From the human T2T-CHM13v2.0 reference genome, Homo sapiens: a stretch of 64,000 nt of DNA. The notes below the pieces were generated by a model. That model searched no databases. It was given only the letters and a program-made list of their open reading frames with translations, and was not told the DNA's origin. Positions within the stretch are counted from its first letter, which is position 1. Each line of letters starts with the position of its first letter. Shown piece by piece: positions 24,986 to 46,436 of this stretch. The stretch is taken from the NCBI RefSeq assembly GCF_009914755.1, contig NC_060940.1; one strand, 5' to 3'. The position numbers and the translations under genes are program-made.

Positions 24986-26461
24986 GAACTTGGCTAAGAT
25001 TAAAGAGTGGTGCACCAAGAGGGAGGAATTAACTGCTAAACTCATCACAGCCAGGTGAGTTAATAGCTACCATTTATTGAATGCTTACTACTTTAAAGAC
25101 ATTGTGCTAGGTGTTTCACATCTGTCATTCAATCCTTATAACTTCTGGTTAGCGGTGTGGTGGTAGTTCTTGTCTTTGCCCAGCATTTTCCCCCTTTTCC
25201 TCTTGAAACAATCTGATTGTATTGACTGTAGGAACCTAAATCAGGATGTCCCTGGGGCTCACTGATAGTTTTAGGGGCAGGCATGAGACCTAGTTCAGCT
25301 AATCAGAGTCCTTTGCCAGAATTTTTTCCAAGTAGAGCTGGAAGGAGCCCTACTTTGGGCTTTTGTGTTGCTAGGCCAAAAGATAAAGGCCTAGAGCTTC
25401 CTGGAACCTGATTTCTTACCAGAGATGGGAAGTAGGAGAGGACAAGGTTGACATGATGGTGTTCTTGTTTCTATTTCCTGATGTCCTTAGACCTGGCTCA
25501 ATTTCTGAAGCTCTCCTTGGGATTCAGGAAGCTCCCCATCAGTCCAACAGTTTCTCCTTTTTGCTCAAGCTAATTTTTTATGTTTGTTGCTTGCATTAAA
25601 GAAACCTAAAATATGTATGATATACTTTTACCTGCCAGAGCATCTAGCGCACCTCCATGGAAGATGAGAAAAGACTTCTGCACTTTTAGGCATATTGATG
25701 GTGGTGATGCTTGGTTTTTTTAATAGCTGCAGTAGGCTTTTCACTTTGCAGTATTCTGACTTCAAGATTGAGCACTTTTTAAAAATACTAAGGTGGTTAA
25801 TTCCTACTCATCTGTTAAAATGCAAATGGTGCTTCAGGAAAGGTTTTGCTGACTCTCCTATTTCAATTACATTGGTCTCCCTTTTAAAAATTTTCATGGA
25901 TTACTGTTAATGTCCTCCATGTTACCACAGTTTGTATTTGTGATTATTTGGTTTTCTTTTTCCTACACTAGATGGTGAGTTCCAGGAAGGCAAGAGTCCA
26001 TGTCTGTTTTGATAGCTCTTTTTATTACCCTGCTAATTAATGCCAGGCATATGGTAGATACTTAATATAGTGATATAGTGTTTTAAGTGAGCAATTGAGT
26101 GGAGATTGATTGCTAGACAAAGAAGACTGGTAGGTAAATGAAAAGATGCTCAATCTTGAAGTCAGAATATTGCAAAATAAAACAATGTAATACTGTTTCC
26201 TACCAATTAGGCTGGCAAAAATTGAGAAATCTGGCAGAGGGGAATTAGAACTTTTATACACTGCTGGCAAGAGGGTAACTTGGTATAATTATTTTGGGGA
26301 GTAATTTGGCAATATCCAGTAAAATCAAAGCTAAGCATATCTCATGTCTCAGCAATACCACTAGGAGATACATATCCTAGACTAGAAATTCTCCCTTGTG
26401 AGGAAAAGAGACACACACAAAGATGTTTATTGAGGCAGTGTTTTAAAGAGTAAAAATATGA

Positions 26462-26782
<321 letters not shown>

Positions 26783-26931
26783 TGAGCCACTGTGCCCAGT
26801 CAATCATGGCATATTCTTATAATTTAACATACAGTTTTTAAATGAAGGAACCAGAGCATCTGGCGAAACAATAAAGAAGAGCCTAGAGCTGCCTATTCCA
26901 CTCCTATATCCATCCAGCTAAATGTGGCTGA

Positions 26932-27177
<246 letters not shown>

Positions 27178-27863
27178 TAGTCTTGAACTCCTGACCTCAT
27201 GATCTGCCTGTGTCGGCCTCCCAAAGTGCTGGGATTACAGGCGTGAGCCAGTGCGCCCAACTGATTAGTCCCACTTTTCTTGTATGCTATCCTCCAGCAT
27301 TTGTTTTCCTATCCAGTCATTGTCCCACTCTTTTAAGTTGCTATTTTATGACTTCTCTCTTTAACCTCTGCAGCACTTCGCCCAGTCCTCACTCAGCTGG
27401 TGACCTTATTTCCTAGTTAACTGAGAACAAGAAAAGGAATCAGAAGAGGCCAGGTGCAGTGACTCACACTTTTAATCTCAACACTTTGGGAGGCTGGGTG
27501 GGCGAATTTCTTGAGCCCAGGAGTTCGAGACCAGTCTGGGCAACATGGCAAAACTCTGTTTCTACCAAAAATGCAAAAAAAAATTAGTCTCATAACGTGG
27601 TCTCAAAAAAATAATTTTTTTAAAAAAGGAATCAGAAGATAATTCCTCTTCTCTGTGCATCTTATTCTTGCATTCTTTCTCTTGCTATGGTTGACACTTT
27701 GTTCTCTTACCTAAGATCAAGTTGTCCTCTAGTGTATTAGATCCCATCCTTAAACTAGGGCATAATTCCTACAGTTTTTCTCTTTCCTGCATTTATTTTT
27801 TTTTTCGTCTACTGGATCTTTCCCATTAGCATAGTAACATGTATTTTTCTCATCTCAAATTAT

Positions 27864-27896
27864 ATGTGTGTGTGTATACGTGTGTGTGTGTGTGTG
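27864..27896. repeat. Interrupted (TG)n microsatellite
   Basis: tgtgtgtgtgtgtatacgtgtgtgtgtgtgtg. Confidence 0.85.
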
Positions 27897-28102
27897 CTAT
27901 ATCCCCCTCTACCTACCTACCACTCCATTTCTTGCATCACTCAATAGTAAGATTCCTCAGTAGAGGTGTGGAATACTCATCTCTAATTCCTCTTCTTCCA
28001 TTCGCTCTTGTACCCACTCCAATCAGGTCTTTGTGTCTGCTCTCATCAGAGATCCCTGATGGATTCCATGTGGCTAAATCCAGTGGTCTTTTTCAGTCCT
28101 AT

Positions 28103-28545
28103 TGATGCAGGCAGATGAGCTCATACAGGTGCTTGGCTTCTCCCAGGAAAGAATTCAAAGGCAAGCCAGTGGTGTTAGCAAGTTTTACTGAACTGGAATT
28201 GCTCCTGTGAAGCACATCCAACTCCTAGGCAGTGCACCCCAAGTGAGCACTTGTGGACAGTTGGCTAGCTATATTTATACCCATTTTTAATTACATGCAA
28301 ATCAAGGGGAGGGTTATGCAGAAATCTCTGGAAAAGGGGTGGTAATTTTTGGATTATTGTCATGGAAAGGGGTGGTAACTTCTTGGCCATTGCCATGGTA
28401 TTTGTAAATGTCATGGTGCTGGTGGGAGGGTCTTACGCTAATGAGCAACGAAGGAAGCTAGAGGTTGCTTTCAGCACTGTCTGCTGGTTCCCACCATTTC
28501 TTCTCTTTATCCTGTTGGGACTGGAAAATAAGTCCTGCTGGTCTC
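28103..28545 (-). mobile_element. ERV1-class LTR remnant
   Basis: ccaggaaagaattcaaaggcaagcc...tatatttatacccatttttaattacatgcaaat...catggtatttgtaaatgtcatggtgctggtggga, typical antisense ERV1 LTR wording; subfamily uncertain. Confidence 0.55.
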
Positions 28546-28736
28546 TTACCTCACTTTTACTTGTCTTTTCAACATTATTTGATACATTAGTTGATCACTT
28601 CCTCACAGTGACCCTTTTTTTTTCACTTGGCTTCCAGGTTACACTTACTAGATTTTCTTATCCTTTATTGACAGCTGCTTCTCCCAAGTTATCTTTCCTT
28701 GCTCTAGACATAGGAATTCCCCCAGGGCTCAGTTCT

Positions 28737-29160
28737 GTGAAAGGGCCATGTATGCAAAGCAACCCTCAGATGCTGAAGGAGCTGGGAAGCCAAAGAATGA
28801 GGCAGACAAATCCAGTTTGTCGGTTTGGGTGATTTTTTAGGGGGAACTTAGAGACAGAAGTGTGGTCTTGGGTGGCCGGAAGGTAGATCTTCACACCACA
28901 CCCCATCAGAACCAGGGCTTGTATCTTGGGGGAAAGTATACATGCTGTTGAAGGAATGTGCTGAGGGAATGCTCCGGGTATCACAGCCTATGATTTCTGC
29001 AACAGCATCAAGGGTTGTTTTGAGGGAAGGGAAATAGGTGTTTCTATGTAAAGAGTAATACATCAACTAGACATTTTAGAGGCATTCCCAGACTGAGGGT
29101 TAGGTTAGTCAGAAGTCACATGGTGGATTAAAATTTAAAATCGCTATTTTCCAAACTAGT
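28737..29160. mobile_element. Probable LTR remnant
   Basis: Begins tgtgaaaggg..., LTR-like composition; family and orientation not resolved. Confidence 0.35.
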
Positions 29161-31639
29161 CTTTATTAAACTCATTTGAAAGGCAAAAAATAATAATAGT
29201 AAATAATAAAATTTAAAACTTTTGTCCCCACAGTGGTGCATAGGTATTCGTTGTATGTGCCTCTGTGAATGTTTAAACTCATTTACAGTTAAAGTTGGCC
29301 TCCTTTTTCTTATCTGATTCCTCCTCCCACACAACCACCTGCTTGGTTTCCCTCAGGGCATAAGCCTGGATAACTTGTACACCAGCACACCTGAAGGATT
29401 TGGGGGAAGGAATAATGAGCACTGATGCTCCTCAGAGTGAGAAGCTGATCCAAGCCTAAGAAAGAAGGGAGGGACCCAGCACGGCGGCTCACACCTGTAA
29501 TCCCAGCACTTTGGGAGGCCAAGGTGGGAGGATCACTTGAGGCCAGGAGTCGAGACCAGCCCAAGCAACATAGTGAGACCTCATCTCAACAAAAATAAAT
29601 AATTTTTAGGAAATAATAAAAAATTGTTAAAAGTCTTGGCACTGTCAGAATCAGGCAAAGCGTTGCCACTTGCCAGAAATGCCTTTTGAGGCACCAATTA
29701 GAAAGGGAGGGCAGAGGAGCAGAGGGCTTCCTGCAGATGAGGAGCATGAGTGACTATTTGCAAGAGTTGGTGGAAGGATATTACTAATTTTTGCTAATAA
29801 CTTTTAGTAAAACCCTGGTCATTTTGGAAAAACATACTTTTTTAACAAACACTTTTTTTTTGAGGTGGGGTCTCTGATGCAGTGGTGTGATCATAGCTCA
29901 CTGAAGCCTCAAACTCCTGGGCTCAAGTGATCCTCTGTCCTTAGTCGCCCAAGCAGCTAGGACTACAGGTGCATGCCACCATGACCAGCTGACAAACGCT
30001 TTTTTTTTTTTCCATTTGGAAAGGTAGCAGACACACTAAAAGACAAACACATTTTAATGGATAAAGGAGTCAAGAAATCTGGACCTGAATTATAATGGTA
30101 TTTTATTGAGCTGTGAACAGGAAGTATTATTGTAGTAATTAATGGGGCTTTTATTTTACTGTCTGCATTAAAAAACTGGCAATTTGCAATTCCAAAGTTA
30201 GAGTTCTCACAGGATCTTGACAGGGACTTTTCTGTTGGCTTGGAGTTGCTGATAAAGCTCCTAAGGTGAAAACAAAATGTCACATTCCTCTGCTTTCTAA
30301 AGGGTGTCACAGAGACTGGACACATGGTCCCATAGGACTCACTAGATGTGAGAGTCACAGAGCCACTTGATCCTTGGCCCCTATAGATATAAAAACCATG
30401 TAAGGAGGTTCTGATCCAGAGGAGATGGGCCTCATGCTCCTGGGATGAAGCCCCTACCCTGCCCCTACAGGGGTGGGGGACTTGGGCACCAAGAATGAGA
30501 TATTGGGGGATCTGAAAGCATGGGAGCTTGGCATCTCCATCTCCAGCAAAACCACAGGCCCACTTCACAGCTGTCACCTGGAGTTCTTGGGAGAACTTAA
30601 TGTTTGTTCCTTAAAATGTGTTCCCTGTAGTGTGGAGGTGGAAAGTGGTAAAGGATCGAACAGAGAGGGGTGCCCCCAACTGTCTGGAGATTTCAGAAGG
30701 GAGGGGGCTGCTGCTGGATTAGTCCCTAGCAGCAGAGTGGAGATCTCTAAGGGTCTGCATTTGTGTTATCCCTGGGAAGGAAAGGATAGGACCACTCCAT
30801 CTGTTTTCCTTGACATCAGAGATCACAAGTCAGGATTTCAGTGGTTCCTGGATAGGGTGTCCTTATAATTGATTGTCCAAACAGGGACCCTGAGAATGAA
30901 GGGGAAGCTAATCAGATGGGAAGCTCAGATTGTGCTCTAAAACCCAGATGTATGTTCACCCTGTACCTGGAGCTCCTGGGAAGGAGGACAAGTGGGCAGG
31001 AGCCATAAGGCTGTGTCAATGGCTGCTCTGCCAAACTCACCTTGAGACTGGTTAGAGGCAAGGATTGCGTGAGGCCCAAGGGAAACTAGGCTGCCCTGCT
31101 GTGAATCGACACAGAGAGCTGGGATGAAGCTGGACCCAGGGGTGCCATCAGGGCAGGCCACAGGCTTCATCGCCAGGTGCAGTGGCACACTTAAAATCCC
31201 AGAACTTCAGGAGGCTTGAGGCCAGCAGGTCCAGGCTACAGTGAGCCATGATTATGCCATTGCACCCCAGCCTGGGTGACACAGCAAGACCTGTCTCTAA
31301 AAGCAAAACAAAACTATATATATATATGGTCAGACTAAGTTTCAATAACTGAAAGTAAGCAGAAAATTGTATTTGCTCAGGTTAAGGGATCCTAACATGG
31401 GATATGACAGTGTTGGGGAGTGGGAAGGCATTTTAAGGGTAACATCACACAGGTTAGAAAAGTTTACACCACCAGTTTACAATTAATAATAGGAAGATCT
31501 GGGTGTGCCTTTTAAAGAGGTGTCCAAAGGAAGCCCACTGGCATCATCATACATTTTATGAGCTGAGGTTGAGATGTGTAGTTCCGCCAGGTGTGTTGCA
31601 CACACATGTCAAGAGAGCACCTCCTGAACGCAGGGACAT

Positions 31640-31790
31640 GTGGCACAGCTAGGGACTACGTTCCCCGAAAGCCTTAGCAGCAGCTCACTTCCACTTCTGG
31701 GCTGAACGTCTTCCCTCGCAGTCGCTTTTGGTCTGCTCGGCCATGTGCAGTGCTGAGTTTTCGCTTCCTTCTGAGTGGCACAGCGTGGGT
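31640..31790 (+). promoter_or_regulatory. Promoter-like motif cluster (ZNF143/THAP11-type ACTAC..TCCC plus tandem ETS-like CTTCC)
   Basis: GGACTACGTTCCCCGAAAGCC at 31653-31673; CACTTCCACTTCTGGG at 31686-31701. Confidence 0.35.
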
Positions 31791-32521
31791 ACAAGCTTGG
31801 CTGCGTGCCTTTCTCCAGGTTTCCCTGTCCTGCATGCAGGGACAAGTCATTCTCCTCCTGTGGCTGTCACTAGCCATCTGTGTCCCATGCCTGGGACATC
31901 CTGGACCAGGCCCCTCCTGCCTTCTGACCTTTGCCAGATGGCAGGAGACTGCCATCTCCTATCATGTGACCTACTGGACAAAGTGCGGATAAGTTGAACC
32001 ATATGAAATTGTCTAAGCGGGGAAACTCCAGGTCAATGTGTCTCCTTTTTCTGAAAAAAAAAAAAAAAAAAAAAAAAAAAGGTTTTTCTTTAAGTTTCTC
32101 CTCCCCCTGAAACAAGGTCATAAAGAACAGAGATGCAATCTCATCTTCCCTGTCTCCTTCCAACCCCTTCTCCCATCCTCTGGACCAGACGGCCTTGTGC
32201 AGGCAGGCTAGAGGGAGAATAATGAAACCTTGAGTGGGGAGTTATACTCCCAATAACAGTGGTCGAGGTAATTAGGCCTGAATTTCCCACAGAAAATAAG
32301 CTGGCAAACATGTTGAAAAAAAAAAAAATTATTCCCAAAAGCACCAAAGAGCTAAGGAGAGTAAAGAATTGGGGATCAAACTTTAGGAGAAGCAAGAAAC
32401 AATTCCTGATCCTAGCACTCAAATCTGCTTTTGCCTGGAGGCATTTTGCTGATGAAAGACACGCGTGGACCGGGTGTGGTGCCTCACACCTATAATCCCA
32501 GCATTTTGGGAGGCTGAGTCA

Positions 32522-32830
<309 letters not shown>

Positions 32831-32926
32831 TTACCCCATATTTGAACTATCACCCCAGATGAAGACACCCTCAGGAAAATGTTGAACTGGGGAAAATAAG
32901 CTGTGGTTTAGACAACTTAGGACAAC

Positions 32927-33650
32927 TGACACAGGATTTTTCTCACTTTGCCTATAGGGGCCTCTGTGGCCAGCAGTGTCCCCACCTGGGCCTCCCTTGG
33001 CCCTGGGCCTGCCACAGGAGGCACCTCATCCACTCAGCCCACCATGCTGTGCCTGGCTTGTGCACTGGGATCTGCACTCGGTCTGTGGCTGGGACAGGCG
33101 TGCCTCAGCCTGCCTGTGTCACAGTTCATACCCGCATTTGACAGTTGCCAAGTTCTTGTCCTGCATCCAAGAAGAATGAGGTTATGCTGACAACTGAAGG
33201 GTGAGGAGGGCAGAGAAGAATTTTATTGAGTAACACAACAGCTCTCAGTGGAGAGGGGATGTAAGGGTGGTCCCCCACCCAAAGTCAGGTCATCTCTCTG
33301 TTGACTGGGTCCAGGGCTTTTATGGGCTCAGAATGGGGAGTGTGTGCTGATTGGTTTGTGAGTATGCAAAAAAAAAAAAAAAAAAAAAAGGCTAAAACAA
33401 AGGCACTACTCAAAGGTGGGCATGACAGTGTAGAAAACCAATTAGGCAAGGGTAGTTATATGTAAAATAGATGAAGGTTAGTGATCAATCAGAGGAAAGC
33501 ATGCCAGATGGGAAGACAGGTTCTCAATCCGGTCTGTGGATTTACCGAGGATTTGTAGCTAGGCATCAAACTGTCTTCAGCTTGAAGGTTGGGTTTCAGT
33601 GGGGACCTGTTCCTGTCTGCCTAGGATTTGTCTGCCTCCTGCCGCTGTCG
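32927..33650 (-). mobile_element. Solo ERV1-class LTR (LTR27/LTR28/MER52-like)
   Basis: The - strand begins (C/T)GACAGCGGCAGGAGGCAGACAAATCCTAGGCAGACAGG, typical of this group, and ends ...AAAATCCTGTGTCA; AATAAA on the - strand near 33222; near-TSD caac/ctac. Confidence 0.7.
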
Positions 33651-33699
33651 CTACCATCTGGGAGTAAGGGCGAAAGAAGACAGAAACTTCCAAGAAAGA

Positions 33700-33710
<11 letters not shown>
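33625..33710 (+). CDS. ZFP90: Candidate alternative terminal coding exon of ZFP90 (KRAB-only isoform tail GFVCLLPLSLPSGSKGERRQKLPRKNPE*)
   Basis: ttcctgtctgcctag|GA acceptor; in frame with the phase-1 KRAB-B donor; TGA at 33708-33710; starts inside an antisense LTR. Confidence 0.55.
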
Positions 33711-37876
<4,166 letters not shown>

Positions 37877-38420
37877 TGATTTGCCCGCTTCGGCCTCCCA
37901 AAGTGCTGGGATTACAGGTGTGAGCCACCACTCCCAGCCTGAATTGTATATTTTATTTATTTATCTTTATTTTATTTAATTAATTAATTTATTTATTTTT
38001 GAGATGGAGTTTCACTTTTGTTGCCCAGGGTGGAGTGCAGTGGCGTAATCTCGGCCCAGCAAGGAAGCTAGACCAAAGGCAGAGAGAGAAATGGGGTGCC
38101 CATTTGCCACTCCCGGGAGTGCCTGGCCCCCAAAGGTGCTCGCTGGTGCCCCCTCCTTCATTACTGTCCAGAGGTTGCCAGGTCACAGGCATTTCCTGGC
38201 CCAGGGATTGGACTCTGGGGTGGGGCGGGGGGATGGAGGCAACTCCACTGACCCAAGGACCCAGCAACCCAACAGGACAATGGTGAGCTTCCCAAGAAGA
38301 CTGCAGACCTGGGGCCTTTCCATGGGACAAGAATGGCCTCCATGTTGGGGAACCTGAAGAGCCACAAAAGGGGGTGCCCTGCAGGACTCATTGAACCACT
38401 CTCCACCACTGAGATCCTCA

Positions 38421-38987
<567 letters not shown>

Positions 38988-41288
38988 TTAAGGGGATCCT
39001 GCAGCTGTTGAGAGGGACATTTTTGGTTCTTTCCCACTTTCTATTCATTTTCTAATTTCACCACACAAACACTTTTGGGGAGGGAAGGGGGATGGAGAAA
39101 CCCACCCCTAATTTTGTCCAGCCCATCTGGACACTACCTGCTACCTGGCTCCTAGGACTTGTTACCTCAAGTAGAGATGTTGGGTGGACAACCCCATCCC
39201 CATGCCAGGCATTCTCTCCACTCATCAAACCAGAGTCTTCTGCTCTGTTTTCTGTTTGTTTTGTTTTGTTTTTTTGAGACGTAGTCACTCTGTCACCCAG
39301 GCTGGAGTGCAGTGGTGTGATCTCGGCTCACTGAAACCTCCACCTCCCCGGTTCAAGCGATTCTTGTGCCTCAGCCTCCCCAGTACAGGCGCCCGCTGCC
39401 ATGCCCGGCTAATTCGTATTTTTAGTAGAGATGGGGTTTCACCATGTTGGCCAAGCCTGTCTTGAACTCCTGGCTCATGTGATCCACCTGCTTCAGCCTC
39501 CCAAAGTGCCAAGATTACAGGTGTGAGCCACTGCGCCTGGCCCTCTTGCTGTTATTTCTGAAAATATAAGTCGATGTTGTTATGGTTAGAGAAGTATAAA
39601 TTCATTTTTTAAATATCACCGAATTCCTAAGAGGTTTGGTCATTGTGCAGTACAGTGGTTCTCAAAATTGAGCATTTATCAGAATCAGTTGGAAAGCTGG
39701 TTAAAACACAGACACCAGGCTGGGTGTGATGGCTTATGCCTGAGATCCCAGCCCTTTGGGAGGCCAACGCTTGAGAATCACTTGAAGACAAGAGTTCGAG
39801 ACCAGCCTGGACAACAAAGCCAAGACCCCAGTCTCAACAAAAAATAAATAAGTACAATAAAAAACACAGGCTCCAGCCTATTTTCTGATCCAGCATGTCT
39901 GGGCTGGCTACTGAGCGTGCAATTCTGAAAAGTTCCCACATGATGTTGATACTGCTGGCCCAGGGACTACATTTTGAGAACCACTGATATAGATAATAAA
40001 AAAATGCAACTACTGGCTGGGCACACTGGCTCACGCCTGTAATCCCAGCACTATGGGAGGCCGAGGCGGGACTGAGGCCAGGAGTTCACGACCAGCCTGG
40101 GCAACTTGGCGAAACCCCATCTCTACAAAAAAATACAAAAATTAGCTGGGCGTGGTGGTACCTCCCTGCAGTCCCAGCTGCTCAGGAGGCTGAGGTGGGA
40201 GGATCACCCTAAAGGTTGAGGCTGCAGTGCACCATGATCACACCACTGCACTCCAGCCTGGGCAACAGAGTGAGACTCTGTCTCAATAAAAACAAAACAT
40301 ACAACTACTTTTGCGGGATGCTGTGTTTTACTGTTGTGTTGTTTTGGATCTAACATGCCCTCCAGTTTATTCACTCTTAGCCAGTTTTTCCAGCCATATC
40401 TTTTCCTCGAATATGTCCAGACAATATTTCATGGATCAAAATATTAACAAGGATAAGATGAAAATGATAAAACCTTGTGCTTTTCATTTTCCTACACAGT
40501 TTTCTGCATGTATCTTGTATAACTACATAAGGTATGTAAGCTAAAAAAAATAAAAGTGTGTGTTTGCAGGGAGGCGGAGGCGGTGCCCCGCTGGTGCTGA
40601 GTGCAGTCACAGTAAGGCTGTAGATGGAGCGCCCTGGGAAGGCTGCTTCTCCCTGGGGTTTTGCCCACCCGGGTAAGGAAGGAGTGAGTCTCTGATGACG
40701 GTTAGCAGGCCCAAGTCTGAGGCCTTCCAAAGAAACATGGTGCAGCAGTGGGCCTGAGAGGTACAGAAGAGAGGGGGTGACCTGACAAGAGCTAGGTGGA
40801 TGGACTTCCTCCGACCCAGGAGGGGACTGAGTACCTGGTGCTGCCACAAGGTGCTCTGCATGAGGCCAGAGGCTTGAAGTGGGAGTAGGTGATTGCAAGT
40901 GGTAGCTAACTGGCATTCTCTGAAAGTCAGATTGAATCACTAGATTCTGTTTATTAAGAGTAGGACTTTCAATACAGTTTTAAAAAGCTACCCCTTTTCT
41001 TAATTTCTCAGGAAAATGGCAGCTCCTTCTTTTGTCGTCAAAATAAATATTCAGCCAAGCCTTAAATTAGGACTTAACCGGTGTGTTACTTCTGCTGGTG
41101 GATTGCAGTGAAAGGGTGTTTATTCACTTAAGCCGTCACTCCTCCTCTCCCCGAGAAGTAGTCAGCTGTTCACATTTACTTTTATTTCTAAATTATCTTA
41201 AACCATTCCATTCTCCACATTAAGGATCTTATTTCCAGTAACATCTTTGTAATTACATTAGGTTTGCTCGTTGCATTTTTCATTTTTC

Positions 41289-41319
<31 letters not shown>

Positions 41320-41531
41320 TTTTTTTATTATACTCTAAGTTTTAGGGTACATGTGCACATTGTGCAGGTTAGTTACATATGTATACATGTGCCATGCTGG
41401 TGCGCTGCACCCACTAACGTGTCATCTAGCATTAGGTATATCTCCCAATGCTATCCCTCCCCCCTCCCCCGACCCCACCACAGTCCCCAGAGTGTGATAT
41501 TCCCCTTCCTGTGTCCAAGTGATCTCATTGT

Positions 41532-45356
<3,825 letters not shown>

Positions 45357-45419
45357 TATGATGTTAGCTGGTGATTTTGCTCATTATTTGATGCAGTTTC
45401 TTCCTAGTCTCGATGGTCT

Positions 45420-46436
45420 TTACATTTTGGCATGATTTTGCAGCGGCTGGTACCGGTTGTTCCTTTCCATGTTTAGCGCTTCCTTCAGGAGCTCTTTTAG
45501 GGCAGGCCTGGTGGTGACAAAATCTCTCAGCATTTGCTTGTCTATAAAGTATTTTATTTCTCCTTCACTTATGAAGCTTAGTTTGGCTGGATATGAAATT
45601 CTGGGTTGAAAATTCTTTTCTTTAAGAATGTTGAATATTGGCCCCCACTCTCTTCTGGCTTGTAGGGTTTCTGCCGAGAGATCCGCTGTTAGTCTGATGG
45701 GCTTTCCTTTGAGGGTAACCCGACCTTTCTCTCTGGCTGCCCTTAACATTTTTTCCTTCATTTCAACTTTGGTGAATCTGACAATTATGTGTCTTGGAGT
45801 TGCTCTTCTTGAGGAGTATCTTTGTGGCGTTCTCTGTATTTCCTGAATCTGAACGTTGGCCTGCCTTGCTAGATTGGGGAAGTTCTCCTGGATAATATCC
45901 TGCAGAGTGTTTTCCAACTTGGTTCCATTCTCCACATCACTTTCAGGTACACCAATCAGACGTAGATTTGGTCTTTTCACATAGTCCCATATTTCTTGGA
46001 GGCTTTGCTCATTTCTTTTTATTCTTTTTTCTCTAAACTTCCCTTCTCGCTTCATTTCATTCATTTCATCTTCCATTGCTGATACCCTTTCTTCCAGTTG
46101 ATCGCATCGGCTCCTGAGGCTTCTGCATTCTTCACGTAGTTCTCGAGCCTTGGTTTTCAGCTCCATCAGCTCCTTTAAGCACTTCTCTGTATTGGTTATT
46201 CTAGTTATACATTCTTCTAAATTTTTTTCAAAGTTTTCAACTTCTTTGCCTTTGGTTTGAATGTCCTCCCGTAGCTCAGAGTAATTTGATCGTCTGAAGC
46301 CTTCTTCTCTCAGCTCGTCAAAATCATTCTCCATCCAGCTTTGTTCTGTTGCTGGTGAGGAACTGCGTTCCTTTGGAGGAGGAGAGGCGCTCTGCGTTTT
46401 AGAGTTTCCAGTTTTTCTGTTCTGTTTTTCCCCCAT
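45420..46436 (-). CDS. L1 ORF1p (338 aa, intact RNA-binding/chaperone protein)
   Basis: Full-length ORF MGEKQNRKTG...YQPLQNHAKM with REKG, ARR and YPAKLS motifs. Confidence 0.95.
   Translation of the reverse strand: MGEKQNRKTGNSKTQSASPPPKERSSSPATEQSWMENDFDELREEGFRRSNYSELREDIQTKGKEVENFEKNLEECITRITNTEKCLKELMELKTKARELREECRSLRSRCDQLEERVSAMEDEMNEMKREGKFREKRIKRNEQSLQEIWDYVKRPNLRLIGVPESDVENGTKLENTLQDIIQENFPNLARQANVQIQEIQRTPQRYSSRRATPRHIIVRFTKVEMKEKMLRAAREKGRVTLKGKPIRLTADLSAETLQARREWGPIFNILKEKNFQPRISYPAKLSFISEGEIKYFIDKQMLRDFVTTRPALKELLKEALNMERNNRYQPLQNHAKM

Noticed and set aside
29963-30868. 204-aa and 131-aa ORFs in mostly unique sequence
   Set aside because: Non-ATG starts, no recognisable domain, and one runs into an Alu
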